Shown: positions 1 to 9,924 of the stretch, one piece after another
Layout of the letters: every line of letters starts with the position of its first letter
How positions within the stretch are numbered: the first letter of the stretch is position 1
Source of the DNA: Atlantibacter sp.
Lineage (GTDB): Bacteria > Pseudomonadota > Gammaproteobacteria > Enterobacterales > Enterobacteriaceae
Reading direction: 5' to 3'
DNA: 24,000 nucleotides
NCBI RefSeq assembly: GCF_032062175.1
Contig: NZ_DAMBQK010000019.1
Span: forward strand, 43,036 to 67,035
Program-made: the position numbers and the translations under genes
Notes under the pieces: model-generated
Seen by the model: the letters and a program-made list of their open reading frames with translations, nothing else
Databases searched by the model: none
Told to the model about the DNA's origin: nothing

Positions 1-2924
1 ATCGGAATGCCGATGGTATCGACGTCCTGATTGTTCACTTTCAGGGTGCGAATACGTTTAGTCACCACCGCTTTGGCTTTGATATAGCCACGGTTGGAGG
101 AGACTTTCACGGTATCGCCCTGGACGATGCCCAGCTTGTTAGCCAGCTTCTCACCGATTTCCACAAACTGTTCCGGCTGGGCGATGCTGTTGAGCAGCGC
201 GTGCTTGGTCCAGTAGTGGAAGTGCTCCGTCAGACGATAGGTGGTCCCGACATACGGGAACTTATCGGCTTTACCCATCGCTTCCAGGTCATGTTTAAAG
301 ACGCGGGCGGCGGGGTTGGACACTACATTCGGGTGAAGCGGGTTGGTGCCGAGCGGCGTTTCAAACGGCTCGTAGTGTTCCGGGAACGGACCCTCAGCCA
401 TCTTATCGATAGCGAACAGACGTCCCATGCCTTCCGGCTGCATGATGAACGGCCCGACATCGCTGCCCGGCGCTGCGGTGCTGTAGTCCGGAATATCCGC
501 GCCGCTCCATTTTGCGCCGTCCCAGCGCAGAAGCTGGCGCTTCGGATCCCAGGGTTGGCCCTGCGGGTCGGCGGAGGCGCGGTTATACAGGATGCGGCGG
601 TTTAGCGGCCACGCCCATGCCCAGCCCAGCGTGTTGCCAAGTCCAGACGGGTCGGAGTTATCGCGGCGCGCCATCATGTTGCCTTCCGGCGTCCAACTAC
701 CGGCGAAAATCCAGCATCCGCTTGAGGTGGTGCCGTCATCGCGTAAATGCGCGAAGCTGCTGATCTGCTGGCCTTTCTTGACGATCACCGCGCCGGTGGC
801 TGGGTCGGTGATATCCGCCAGCGCTTTCCCGTTGCTTTCCATCGCCACTTCTTCCGGCGCCGGGTTATGCGGCGTCAGGAAGTTCCAGGTCATGTTCAGC
901 ACTTGTTCCGGGCACGCGCCGCCTTCTTCAGCGTACATCTTGCGCAGGCGCAGGAAGATGCCCGCCAGGATCTCGCCGTCGTTCAGCGCGATGCCCGGTG
1001 CGTCCTGGCCTTTCCAGTGCCACTGCAACCAGCGGCCAGAGTTGACGATAGAACCGTTCTCTTCGGCGAAGCAGGTGGAGGGCAGACGGAACACTTCGGT
1101 CTGGATTGCCGCCGAATCCACGTCGTTCTGCTCACCGTGGTTTTGCCAGAAGGTGGAGGTTTCCGTGTTGAGCGGATCGATGGTCACCAGGAACTTCAGT
1201 TTCGACAGCGCCGCTACAACCTTGTTTTTATTCGGGAATGAGGCCACCGGGTTAAAGCCCTGGCAGAAGTAACCATTCACTTTGCCCTGGTGCATCATGT
1301 CGAAGTACTGGAGGACGTCGTAACCCTTATCCCACTTCGGCAACCAGTCGTAACCCCAGTTGTTCTCCGCCGTCGCTTTGTCGCCATAGAAGGCTTTCAT
1401 CAGCGAAACAAAGAATTTCGGGTAGTTGGCCCAATAGTTCACCTGGCCTTCCAGCAGCGGTTTCGGCGTGTTGGCGGCGAGATAGGCCTGGATGTCGGCC
1501 TGGGTTTCATTCGGCAGCGACATATAGCCGGTCAGGCTCTGGGACAGCAGGCCGAGGTCGGTCAGGCCCTGGATGTTGGAGTGACCGCGCAGGGCGTTGA
1601 CGCCGCCGCCTGCCATGCCCATGTTGCCGAGCAGCAACTGAATCATCGCCATGGTGCGGATGTTCTGCGCGCCCACGGAGTGCTGGGTCCAGCCCAGTGC
1701 ATACAGGAACGATGCGGTTTTGTCGTGAACGCTGGTTTCCGCGATGTACTCGCAAACCTTCAGGAAATCCGCCTTCGGCGTGCCGCAGATGTTTTCAACC
1801 ACGTCCGGCGTATAGCGGGAAACGTGGGTTTTCAGCAGGTTCCACACGCAGCGCGGATGGCTCAGCGTGGTATCGCGTTTCGCGAAGCCATTCTCATCCA
1901 GCTCGTAGTTCCAGGAGGTTTTGTCGTACTTGCGTTTTTCGGCGTCATAACCGGTAAACAGGCCGTCGTCGAAGCCGTAATCTTCACGCACGATCAGGCT
2001 GGCGTTGGTGTACGCCTCAACGTATTCACGGTTGAATTTGTTGTTGGTTAACAGGTACAGCAATACGCCTGACAGGAAAGCAATGTCAGTACCAGAGCGG
2101 ATCGGGGTATAGAAATCGGCCACCGATGCGGTACGCGTAAAGCGTGGGTCAATAACAATCAGTTTCGCGCCATTGTGGATTTTGGCTTCCATCGCCCAGC
2201 GGAATCCCACCGGATGCGCTTCTGCCGCGTTCCCACCCATCACCACGATGAGGTTGGCGTTCTTCATATCTACCCAGTGGTTGGTCATCGCACCGCGACC
2301 AAATGTTGGAGCAAGACTTGCTACCGTTGGTCCGTGTCAGACACGCGCCTGGTTATCCACGGCTAACATGCCGAGGGCGCGGGAAAATTTCTGGGTTAAA
2401 TAACCGGTTTCGTTACTGGAGGCGGATGCGCACAGCATCCCGGTGGTGAGCCAGCGGTTTACCGTCACACCTTTATCATTTTGCGCCACAAAGTTGGCGT
2501 CGCGGTCCTGCTTGATTAGCTTAGCGATGCGGTCAAATGCCTCATCCCAGCTAATGTCCTGCCATTTATCAGAGCCTGGCGCGCGATATTGCGGGGCTTT
2601 GAGACGGCTTTCTGAGTGAATGAAATCGACTAAACCTGCGCCTTTCGGGCACAGTGCGCCACGGTTGACCGGGTGGTCCGAGTCGCCTTCAATGTGAAAG
2701 ATGGATTCTTTCGCGTTTTTTGCGCCGTCGCCGAGGCTGTACATCAACAGCCCACAACCAACGGAGCAGTATGTACAGGTGTTACGGGTTTCGCGGCTGC
2801 GCAGCAATTTATATTGCCGTGTTTCCGCAAGCGCGACGCTGGGGGCAAAGCCCAGCGCTGCTGCCGTGGTGCCTGCCATACCGCCAGCGCAGATCTTAAA
2901 GAACTGCCTTCTGCTGACCTGCAT
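1..2924 (-). CDS. fdoG: Formate dehydrogenase-O major (alpha) subunit, selenocysteine-containing. Partial: the C-terminal end lies beyond position 1.
   Basis: The minus-strand frame is open from 2924 to the window edge except for one in-frame TGA at 2337-2339. The N-terminus MQVSRRQFFKICAGGMAGTT is a twin-arginine signal. A CTYCSVGCG Fe-S motif is present. The sequence ...DNQARV-[TGA]-HGPTVASLAPTFGRGAMTNHWVDMKNANLIVVMGGNAAEAHP matches the Sec site of E. coli FdnG/FdoG as I recall it. The divergent fdhD neighbour favours fdoG over fdnG. The ORF track shows only the 195-aa piece upstream of the TGA. Confidence 0.93.
2297..2339 (-). promoter_or_regulatory. UGA(Sec) codon plus SECIS stem-loop for SelB-dependent selenocysteine insertion
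   Basis: The mRNA reads UGA CAC G GACCAA CG GGUAGCAAGUCUUGCUCC AACAU UUGGUC. The lower stem is GACCAA/UUGGUC. The upper stem is GG(U-bulge)AGCAA/UUGCUCC with an apical GUC loop. This is the same design as the E. coli fdhF SECIS (GGUUGCAGGUCUGCACC, bulged U, GGUC loop). Confidence 0.8.
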
Positions 2925-3124
2925 GGATCGCTCCTTGTTTTGACATTGTCACTTCCCCGCTGTTTTTCGCTATCCTGCGCACGAAATTCATTGGGTCTTT
3001 GTTTTTATTTTGCGGTTGTATCCGCAAAGGTTCAGAATTGCTGGATTAGCCCTCCTTCCAGGAGGGATAGTTCCCCCAGAATACCACAATAGTGTTAAGG
3101 GTGTTCCAATACGGTTAACAAAAA

Positions 3125-3955
3125 GTGAATAACAATCTTCTTGATAGTGTTGAAAATGTGACCGGGTTCACCGGCGTCCGCGAGTGTGAATTGTGGAAGC
3201 ACGATGATCTCACCCACCCGAAAAGCGACTGGCTGGCGGAAGAGGTTCCCGTTGCGCTGGTGTACAACGGCATTTCCCATGTTGTGATGATGGCGACGCC
3301 GAAAGATCTGACGCTTTTTGCGCTGGGCTTTTCACTATCGGAAGGCATTATTGACTCCCCCCAGGATATTTTCGGGATGGATATTGTTAACAGCTGCAAC
3401 GGCATCGAAGTGCAAATCGAGCTGTCCAGCCGCCGCTTTATGGGGCTGAAAGAGCGCCGTCGCGCGCTGGCGGGCCGCACCGGCTGCGGCGTTTGCGGCG
3501 TTGAGCAGCTTAACGATATTGGCAGGCCGGTTGCGCCGCTGCCGTTTACCCAGACCTTCAACCTCAACAACCTCGATAGTGTGGTCAGCCAGTTGCGCAG
3601 CGTGCAGCCCATCGGCCAGATGACCGGTTGCACCCATGCGGCGGCGTGGTTAAACCCGCGGGGCGATATGCTCGGCGGGCATGAAGATATTGGCCGCCAT
3701 GTAGCGCTGGATAAGCTGATGGGCCGCCGCGCGCGCGAAGGCTGGCGCGATGGCGCGGTGCTGGTTTCCAGCCGCGCCAGCTATGAGATGGTGCAGAAAT
3801 CGGCGCTGTGCGGGGTTGAGATCCTGATTGCGGTGTCTGCCGCAACCACCCTGGCGGTGGAGGTGGCGCAGCGCTGCAATCTGACGCTGGTGGGCTTTGC
3901 TAAACAGGGCCGGGCCACGGTGTATACCCATCCGCAACGCGTCATTACCGCCTGA
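3125..3955 (+). CDS. fdhD: Sulfurtransferase FdhD, required for formate dehydrogenase activity
   Basis: The 276-aa ORF is near-colinear with E. coli FdhD as recalled, including [64 protein letters not shown] and [11 protein letters not shown]. It is divergent from fdoG. The start is GTG at 3125 with no obvious SD, so the start is less certain than the gene. Confidence 0.92.
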   Translation: MNNNLLDSVENVTGFTGVRECELWKHDDLTHPKSDWLAEEVPVALVYNGISHVVMMATPKDLTLFALGFSLSEGIIDSPQDIFGMDIVNSCNGIEVQIELSSRRFMGLKERRRALAGRTGCGVCGVEQLNDIGRPVAPLPFTQTFNLNNLDSVVSQLRSVQPIGQMTGCTHAAAWLNPRGDMLGGHEDIGRHVALDKLMGRRAREGWRDGAVLVSSRASYEMVQKSALCGVEILIAVSAATTLAVEVAQRCNLTLVGFAKQGRATVYTHPQRVITA

Positions 3956-5690
3956 TTAACTCAACAAAATCCTCGTAACTGCGGGTGCTGGCGATAGTTG
4001 GCGTGTCGTGGCGTTGCAGCATACTGGCCAGATAACTGAAAATCTTCAGCTCTTCACGCGCGGAAGGGCTGACGCAGGCCACCAGCAGATGAAATACCTT
4101 CTCATCATTCACTTTCACCGGATTCGCCAGTAATACCAGATAGCCGCGAAACTGTGGCTGCTTCTCGCTCCAGCTATGGGGCACTGCCACGTGATTGATC
4201 ACCAGATTATCGCCTTCGGTTTCACGCTGGCGTATCCGTGCGGCATCGGCGGCGGTGATCTGCCCGCGTTCCGTCAGCTTTTCACAGACCGACCCGACAA
4301 TCTCAAACCAGTTTTCACTGGGCTGATTGATGTAGTGAAAGCTGTGCGCGGCGGGCAGCCAGGCGCTGATTTTCTGGCGTATCAGCGCCGATTCGAGATG
4401 CTCTTTGATTAGGCTGATGCCCGCTGCGCCGATAATATTTTTGATGGTCAGGACGTCCGGCCCGTGGCAGTCCATCACCGAATAACTGTTGTTAATCACC
4501 AACACGGGGTCGGTCTCGATTCGTAGCGCCACAAGTTCTGCGGATGTATTAACGATCATCACCCGGCAATTCAGCAGTTCCCGTTCAATCGCCATTTTGT
4601 TGATGGTGGCGATGGCGTTTTGTTCGCACAGCAGGATTAACGCATGTTTTTCGCCGGGGTTGCGCTCCAGCGCGCAGGCGAAATAGAGGCCGATAAGATC
4701 GCTGTCGAACAGGGTGATATCCAGCTGCTGGCGCAAGCTGGCAATGAAGCCAATGCTTAAATCGAAGGCCACCGGCCAGGCAGCGCGTAAGTGATTCATG
4801 CTGCCCTGACGGCTGTCGCTTAGCCAGACCGGGGACGCCGCGTAGCGGGTGATATGCCCGGTTAAATCATCAATAAGCTGCCCGTCAGCAGGCTCCAGCC
4901 GGTATTGCTTCATCAGGCTGTTAACGGCGCGTTCAATCCAGTTCCGGTTTACGCGCGCGGCACATTGGGCCAGATCGTGGAGAATCGCGCTGGCATGGCG
5001 TAAGCCATTATCGCCCAGATAAAGCCCCGCCGCGTCGTAGCGGGCGCGTACCGACGGCGCTATTTCCGTTTGCGGGCATAGCGTCAGCGCATTGCGTAAT
5101 GCATAGACGGCCAACAGCACCGAGGCCTGGTAATCGTTGCTTATGACGGTGAACGGATTTTGGCTGTCCGGCGTATCGCGCAGCGTCTGATACAGGCGCG
5201 TCGTGATGCCCTGAGGCTGGCAAATGTCAGGATCTTTTTTTATCAGATTCGCCAGAATTAAAATCCGCTTTGCTTGCGGCTCGTTAATAAAATGACCAGC
5301 ATTGGGGCGGCTGGCTAACGTAACGGTGCGTCCGAAACGCTGCTTCAGGCGCAGCAGTTTATCGCTGACGATGCTTTCCGGCATGGTCAGCGCATCTGCC
5401 AGCTGCGCACGCGTCGTGAAGGTGTTTAACAGCAGCAGCGCCAGGATCTGGTCATCAATATCATGACGCTGGAGCAGGCGAAAGTAGTTATGCCGATCGT
5501 AAATCTCCAGCTGGTAGCCGCCATTACCCGGTTGAGTAATGGCCGCCGCGCCGCTCAGGGTGAAATTTACGTAGTCGATATCCCGCAGCACCGTGCGCCC
5601 GGAAACGTCCAGCGCACGGGCAAGCTGCGCCATCGGCTGCTTATGCTGTTCAAGCAAATCCAGCAGAGCGAGTTGGCGGGCGTTCAGCAT
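3945..5690 (-). CDS. frvR: Putative frv operon transcriptional regulator, with an N-terminal HTH and a C-terminal PTS EIIA(Fru/Mtl/Ntr)-like domain
   Basis: The 581-aa ORF has the size and position of E. coli FrvR (last gene after frvX). The N-terminal stretch [29 protein letters not shown] looks like a wHTH. The C-terminal ...[10 protein letters not shown]... parallels the GGGVAVPHGKS phospho-His motif of FrvA in this window. Confidence 0.85.
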   Translation of the reverse strand: MLNARQLALLDLLEQHKQPMAQLARALDVSGRTVLRDIDYVNFTLSGAAAITQPGNGGYQLEIYDRHNYFRLLQRHDIDDQILALLLLNTFTTRAQLADALTMPESIVSDKLLRLKQRFGRTVTLASRPNAGHFINEPQAKRILILANLIKKDPDICQPQGITTRLYQTLRDTPDSQNPFTVISNDYQASVLLAVYALRNALTLCPQTEIAPSVRARYDAAGLYLGDNGLRHASAILHDLAQCAARVNRNWIERAVNSLMKQYRLEPADGQLIDDLTGHITRYAASPVWLSDSRQGSMNHLRAAWPVAFDLSIGFIASLRQQLDITLFDSDLIGLYFACALERNPGEKHALILLCEQNAIATINKMAIERELLNCRVMIVNTSAELVALRIETDPVLVINNSYSVMDCHGPDVLTIKNIIGAAGISLIKEHLESALIRQKISAWLPAAHSFHYINQPSENWFEIVGSVCEKLTERGQITAADAARIRQRETEGDNLVINHVAVPHSWSEKQPQFRGYLVLLANPVKVNDEKVFHLLVACVSPSAREELKIFSYLASMLQRHDTPTIASTRSYEDFVELIRR

Positions 5691-5692
5691 CG

Positions 5693-6754
5693 TCAGCGGA
5701 AATCACGAAAGGCAGCCACTTGCTCGCTGTCCAGTTGATTCAACCACCGGGCAAGCGTGGTGAGCAGCGCGTCATAGTCCCGAACAGAGATCATGGCGCT
5801 GTTAGCGTGCAGATAGCGCGTCGGCAGGCACAGCGAAATTACCGGTCGTCCACCGCCCATGACGTTGTAGCGCCCGCCGTCGGTTGCGCCGGTTTTCATG
5901 GTGCACAGTTGCCACGGCATCCATTCAGCTTCGGCATGCTCCTTGTACGCCGCCACCAGTTTCTGGTTCGGGAAATAGCGCTTATCGAATAGCATGATCC
6001 CCGGCCCAGCGCCCAGCTTCAGCGGGAAATGCACCGGGTCGATGCCGGGAATATCGCCCGCCACGGCGGTATCCAGCACGATCACCATATCGGGTTTACT
6101 GGTCTCGGCGGAGGTTTGAGCACCGCGCAGGCCCACTTCTTCTTCCACCGTGCCAGTACCGAACAGCGTAATCTCAGGATTATTTACGCGCTGCATCAGT
6201 TCAACCATCAGCGCGCAGCCCACGCGGTTATCCAGCGCTTTAGCCACAATGCGATCATCGCCCCAACGGGCGAAATTAGGTTGTGGGCTAATAAAATCGC
6301 CCACCGCAACGCCTCTCGCCGCGACCTCGGCAGCGCTGGCTGCGCCAATATCGATAAACATCTCGCCGTGTTCGACGGGTTGCTGCTTTTGCTTCTCGCT
6401 CAGCGCGTGGGGGGCGATAGAGCCAATCAGGCCAGGAATGTTAACGCCGCTGCGGGTGCGGATCGCCACCTGATGATTCAACATCGACTGGTTCCACCAC
6501 GAGCCAATGGTGTCGAAGCGGATAAAGCCGTCGGCGCTGATGTGCTTAATGATAAAACCCACTTCGTCCATATGCCCGACGATGGCGATTTTCGGGCCGC
6601 GCGAGCCTTTACGGGCGATGACGCTGCCGAGGCCGTCAAAGACGATCTCATCGCTGATGCCTTCCAGCCGGGAAATCAGCAACTGACGGACGTCATGTTC
6701 ATCGCCGCTGACCGCCGTCGCCAGGCAAAGTGTTTCCAGTAATTCAGTGTTCAT
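5693..6754 (-). CDS. frvX: M42-family metallo-aminopeptidase / endoglucanase-like protein
   Basis: The 353-aa ORF carries the IVGHMDEVGFIIKHI motif and the D..VGC and EEVGLRGA motifs typical of M42 (FrvX/YpdE/PepA-like) peptidases. It overlaps the 3' end of frvB by 11 nt. Confidence 0.88.
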   Translation of the reverse strand: MNTELLETLCLATAVSGDEHDVRQLLISRLEGISDEIVFDGLGSVIARKGSRGPKIAIVGHMDEVGFIIKHISADGFIRFDTIGSWWNQSMLNHQVAIRTRSGVNIPGLIGSIAPHALSEKQKQQPVEHGEMFIDIGAASAAEVAARGVAVGDFISPQPNFARWGDDRIVAKALDNRVGCALMVELMQRVNNPEITLFGTGTVEEEVGLRGAQTSAETSKPDMVIVLDTAVAGDIPGIDPVHFPLKLGAGPGIMLFDKRYFPNQKLVAAYKEHAEAEWMPWQLCTMKTGATDGGRYNVMGGGRPVISLCLPTRYLHANSAMISVRDYDALLTTLARWLNQLDSEQVAAFRDFR

Positions 6755-8198
6755 GAGACAGCTCCTGCATCGCCTGTTTACGGGCTTTGTGTTTCATCCA
6801 TGCGCCTTTCAGCAGCAAAATCAGGCCAATATTGAGTGCAAGGCCTGTCGCCAGCACCAGATAGAATGACCCGACGGGCGACATCAGTCCGATAAACGGA
6901 TCGAAAACCCCAAGGCCCGGTGCCAGGCGTTTGATACCAAAGGCGATCACCAGCATGCCCGTGATGCCGCCGCTCAGGGTATTGGCGGTGATCATCGGCA
7001 GCGGCGCGGCTAAGGCATAAGGAATTGCAGGTTCGGTCGCTACCGTTGCGCCGACCACAATGGCGCTGCCTGCGGCGTCTTTCTCCTGCTGGGTAAACAG
7101 TTTCGGCGCGATAAAGGTCGCGATCCCGGCTGCCATAGGCGGCATTAGCGCCACCACGCCGACAATGGCGTACCAGTCATAAATGTGTTTCTCGAGCAGG
7201 GAAAAACAAAAGAACCACGCGGTTTTGTTGATCGGGCCGCCCATATCAAAGGCCAGCATCGCACCCACCAGGAATGCCGCGCCCATCTTCATGGACGGCG
7301 GGATGGTGTTCAGGAAGTGCAACAGCCCGTCCATCAGGCCGCCCATAAAGGGGCCCAGCACGTAATACGTCAGCACGCCAAATACAAACAGGGTGATGAA
7401 CGGGATAAACAGCGAGCCAAGCAGCGGCTGGAGCGCTTTACCAAGCTTCAGCCGCCGGAAATAGCGCACGAAGTAGCCAATCGCCAGCCCCAGCACCACC
7501 GCGCCAAGAAAACCTGCGCCGGATTGCGTGCCGAGCAGCGCTTTGTCGTTCGCCAGGTAGCAAACCAAAAACGCGGGCGCGAACGCCGGTTTATCGCTCA
7601 CCGACCAGGCGATATACGCGCCCATAATCGGGATCATAAATTTGAACCCGAGATAGCCGATGGACTCGATAATCCAGGTGAACGACGGCGCGCCCTGGCT
7701 CATGTCCTGATACGGCATCCCCAGTTGCATCAGCATATTGGCGACAGCGACCAGCACACCGCCGCCAATCACAAACGGCAAAGCCGCTGAGACGCCCGCC
7801 ATTAAGTGGCTCATGATGCTGCCGCTTTCGACCTCCTGCTTGCCGAGCCGCACGGCGCTGTCTGCCGCCATCTGGGTGGATTCGGTGGCTAACCCGTTAA
7901 AAATCTGGTCGATATTCTTTAGCGCTTTCGAGATGGGGATTTCGTAAACCTGTTTACCGGCGAAGCGCGCGCGGTCTTCGCGGGTCAGTCCACGTCCAGT
8001 CGCCAGGATCACGTAATTGGCCTGGTCGATTTCCTCCGCGCTGAGGCGGTTTTCCACACCGCTGGAGCCCTGAGTTTCCACCTTAATCACGTGGCCTAAC
8101 GCGCGGGCTTTCTGTTCCAGCGCTTCGGCCACCATATACGTGTGCGCAATCCCTGCCGGGCAATTGGTGATGGCGACAATCCTGATAGGCTTTTCCAT
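6744..8198 (-). CDS. frvB: PTS fructose-like enzyme IIBC component
   Basis: The 484-aa ORF has an N-terminal IIB(Fru) motif, IVAITNCPAGIAHTYMVAEALE. This is followed by a long polytopic hydrophobic IIC domain. Size and synteny match E. coli FrvB. Confidence 0.9.
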   Translation of the reverse strand: MEKPIRIVAITNCPAGIAHTYMVAEALEQKARALGHVIKVETQGSSGVENRLSAEEIDQANYVILATGRGLTREDRARFAGKQVYEIPISKALKNIDQIFNGLATESTQMAADSAVRLGKQEVESGSIMSHLMAGVSAALPFVIGGGVLVAVANMLMQLGMPYQDMSQGAPSFTWIIESIGYLGFKFMIPIMGAYIAWSVSDKPAFAPAFLVCYLANDKALLGTQSGAGFLGAVVLGLAIGYFVRYFRRLKLGKALQPLLGSLFIPFITLFVFGVLTYYVLGPFMGGLMDGLLHFLNTIPPSMKMGAAFLVGAMLAFDMGGPINKTAWFFCFSLLEKHIYDWYAIVGVVALMPPMAAGIATFIAPKLFTQQEKDAAGSAIVVGATVATEPAIPYALAAPLPMITANTLSGGITGMLVIAFGIKRLAPGLGVFDPFIGLMSPVGSFYLVLATGLALNIGLILLLKGAWMKHKARKQAMQELSHEH

Positions 8199-8212
8199 AT
8201 CGCGTCTCGCAG

Positions 8213-8659
8213 TTATTGAAGGGTGGCGTTAAGCAGCGTGACGATCTCCTGCTCGCTACCGGTTTTCAGCTGGTCAGTGAAATCCTGATGGATAATTTTT
8301 CGGCACAGCGTGCCGATGAGGCTGACTTGGGCGGCATCGGCGTTTTCAGGCACGCCGAGACAAATCCAGCAGTTGGCGGGTTGGTCATCCATCGATTTCC
8401 AGTCCACGCGTTGGGTACGGCTGCGGGCAAACAGAATGAACGGGCGCGTCACGCAGGCGCTTTTACCGTGCGGTACAGCCACCCCGCCGCCGAAACCGGT
8501 GGAATGAATTTTTTCGCGCAGCAGCAGCGTCTGCAAAAAGCGATTCTGATCGCTGACGTGGCCTTGTTGATAAGCATGACGGGCCAGCGCTTTTAAAATG
8601 GAATAGGCGCTGTTGCCTTCGATATCGAGATTGATATCCGATAGGGTAATTAATGGCAT
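8213..8659 (-). CDS. frvA: PTS fructose-like enzyme IIA component
   Basis: The 148-aa ORF has the EIIA-2 signature STGFGGGVAVPHGKS. It is the first gene of the frvABXR array. An SD sequence GGGAG lies 8 nt upstream of the ATG. Confidence 0.9.
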   Translation of the reverse strand: MPLITLSDINLDIEGNSAYSILKALARHAYQQGHVSDQNRFLQTLLLREKIHSTGFGGGVAVPHGKSACVTRPFILFARSRTQRVDWKSMDDQPANCWICLGVPENADAAQVSLIGTLCRKIIHQDFTDQLKTGSEQEIVTLLNATLQ

Positions 8660-8839
8660 AGCTTCACTCCCTGTGATAATGCCTGATGATTTTACGGGGC
8701 GGATGCGCGTTAAATAACAGCGCGTATGTCAGAGGCGGGCGACATTTTTGCCATGAGTTGAGATGCGAATTTGTGCGCCACGCCACGTCCACAGCGCGAC
8801 ACGGCGTGGAAAGGAGAAATTCAGAAAATCACGGCGGTT

Positions 8840-9163
8840 TTAGTGGATACCCGCCAGGCGCAGCAGCGCCGTGACCACCGCCGCCGCGATAATTACCACG
8901 ATTAACGGCATCTTGCGCCAGGCGAGGAACACCGCAAACGCCACGCCGAGCACCCGCGCCATCCCGGCGAAATGCTCGCCCTCATAAAACGTGGTCGCCA
9001 GCGCGACCGAGAACAGCAACACCGTTGCCGCGTCGGAAAGCAGCGCCTGGGCGCGTTCAGACAGCGCCAATCGGCTACCTAACTTCGCACCGCCGAGCCG
9101 CATCAGATAGGTGCCTGCCGATAACATTGCAATCCCAACGATGAACAGCGTCATGTTTTCCAT
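8840..9163 (-). CDS. AzlD-family small membrane protein (branched-chain amino acid export accessory subunit)
   Basis: The 107-aa ORF is very hydrophobic (3-4 TM segments). Its ATG overlaps the stop of the upstream AzlC-like gene (TAATG, shared nt 9163). This pairing and size are typical of AzlCD/YgaZH. Confidence 0.8.
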   Translation of the reverse strand: MENMTLFIVGIAMLSAGTYLMRLGGAKLGSRLALSERAQALLSDAATVLLFSVALATTFYEGEHFAGMARVLGVAFAVFLAWRKMPLIVVIIAAAVVTALLRLAGIH

Positions 9164-9822
9164 TATTTCTTCCTCGTCAGTAAGCCAAACAGCGACAGCA
9201 AAACCGGCAGCCCGACGGGGGCAAACGGCACGGCGGCAAGGGAAAGCGCCGCTCCGCTACAGGCGCGGATCAGCGTGGTGCGGTTTTTAAAAGCCGGAAC
9301 CACCAGCGCCAGTAAGATGGCGGGGAAGACCGCGTCCAGGCCGATGGTTTCCGGCGCGGGCAGCAGTTTGCCGACGCCCGCGCCAAGCAGCGCGCCCAGC
9401 GGCCAGATAATCGCCACGCCGAGACCGCACAGCCAGTAGGCGGCTTTGCGCTGCTCCGGAGTGGGTTGCGACAGGCCAAACACCACGCTTTCATCATTCA
9501 TGATATGGCAGCCCAGATAGCTGGCGGCGCGTTTGCCCACCAGATCGCGCACCGTCACGCCAAACGGAATATGCCGGGCGTTAACTAACAAGCCCGCAGC
9601 CGCAGCGGCGAGCGGGTTACCGCCGCTGGCGACGATGCCGATAAACAGAAATTCCGACGCGCCCGCCAGTACCGATACCGACAACACAAACGGCACCCAA
9701 ATCGGGAAGCCGTACGCCATCGCCAGCGAACCGTAGGACACGCCCACGACGCCAACAGCCAGACAAACCAGCAGGATGGCTTTTACGGTGTCGCCTTTGA
9801 GCGAAGAGAAGGGATGTTTCAT
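9163..9822 (-). CDS. AzlC-family branched-chain amino acid transport/export protein
   Basis: The 219-aa polytopic ORF has AzlC-like motifs (...AGASEF..IGI...G, VNARHIPFG, MNDESVVFG). It is translationally coupled to the azlD-like gene. Confidence 0.82.
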   Translation of the reverse strand: MKHPFSSLKGDTVKAILLVCLAVGVVGVSYGSLAMAYGFPIWVPFVLSVSVLAGASEFLFIGIVASGGNPLAAAAAGLLVNARHIPFGVTVRDLVGKRAASYLGCHIMNDESVVFGLSQPTPEQRKAAYWLCGLGVAIIWPLGALLGAGVGKLLPAPETIGLDAVFPAILLALVVPAFKNRTTLIRACSGAALSLAAVPFAPVGLPVLLSLFGLLTRKK

Positions 9823-9829
9823 ACTTTTT

Positions 9830-9899
9830 TAGCCATATCGAACGTTTATCCATTATAATGAACGCTTCACAACCGATTATCAAGATGAACGATTCGTTC
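9830..9899. promoter_or_regulatory. Divergent azlC / XRE-regulator control region with a palindromic -10 and repeated GAACG motifs (candidate operator)
   Basis: CATTATAATG (9851-9860) is a perfect palindrome and offers TATAAT on both strands. GAACG occurs at 9840, 9860 and 9887. The last copy forms GAACG-ATT-CGTTC (9887-9899). A possible + strand -35 TAGCCA (9830-9835) lies 18 bp from the -10. Confidence 0.4.
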
Positions 9900-9924
9900 G
9901 GTTTATTGAACATGAGGCCGTTTT

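Noticed and set aside
201-2403. Series of + strand ORFs (201-605, 592-1272, 747-1241, 1290-2051, 2173-2403 and others)
   Set aside because: All are antisense to the continuous fdoG reading frame, which the track misses because of the Sec TGA and the window edge. They show no homology signal or ribosome-binding sites.
6029-6742. 237-aa + strand ORF inside frvX, and 7185-7790 inside frvB
   Set aside because: They are antisense to genes with clear family motifs (M42 peptidase, PTS IIC). They have low-complexity, Arg/His/Ala-rich translations.
8686-8874. 62-aa + strand ORF and an imperfect hairpin (CCACGCC...GGCGTGG, about 8781-8812) in the frvA-azlD spacer, considered as a small gene or sRNA
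   Set aside because: The ORF has no SD or start context and runs into azlD antisense. The hairpin has internal mismatches and no U-tract on either strand. At most it is a weak azlCD transcript end.
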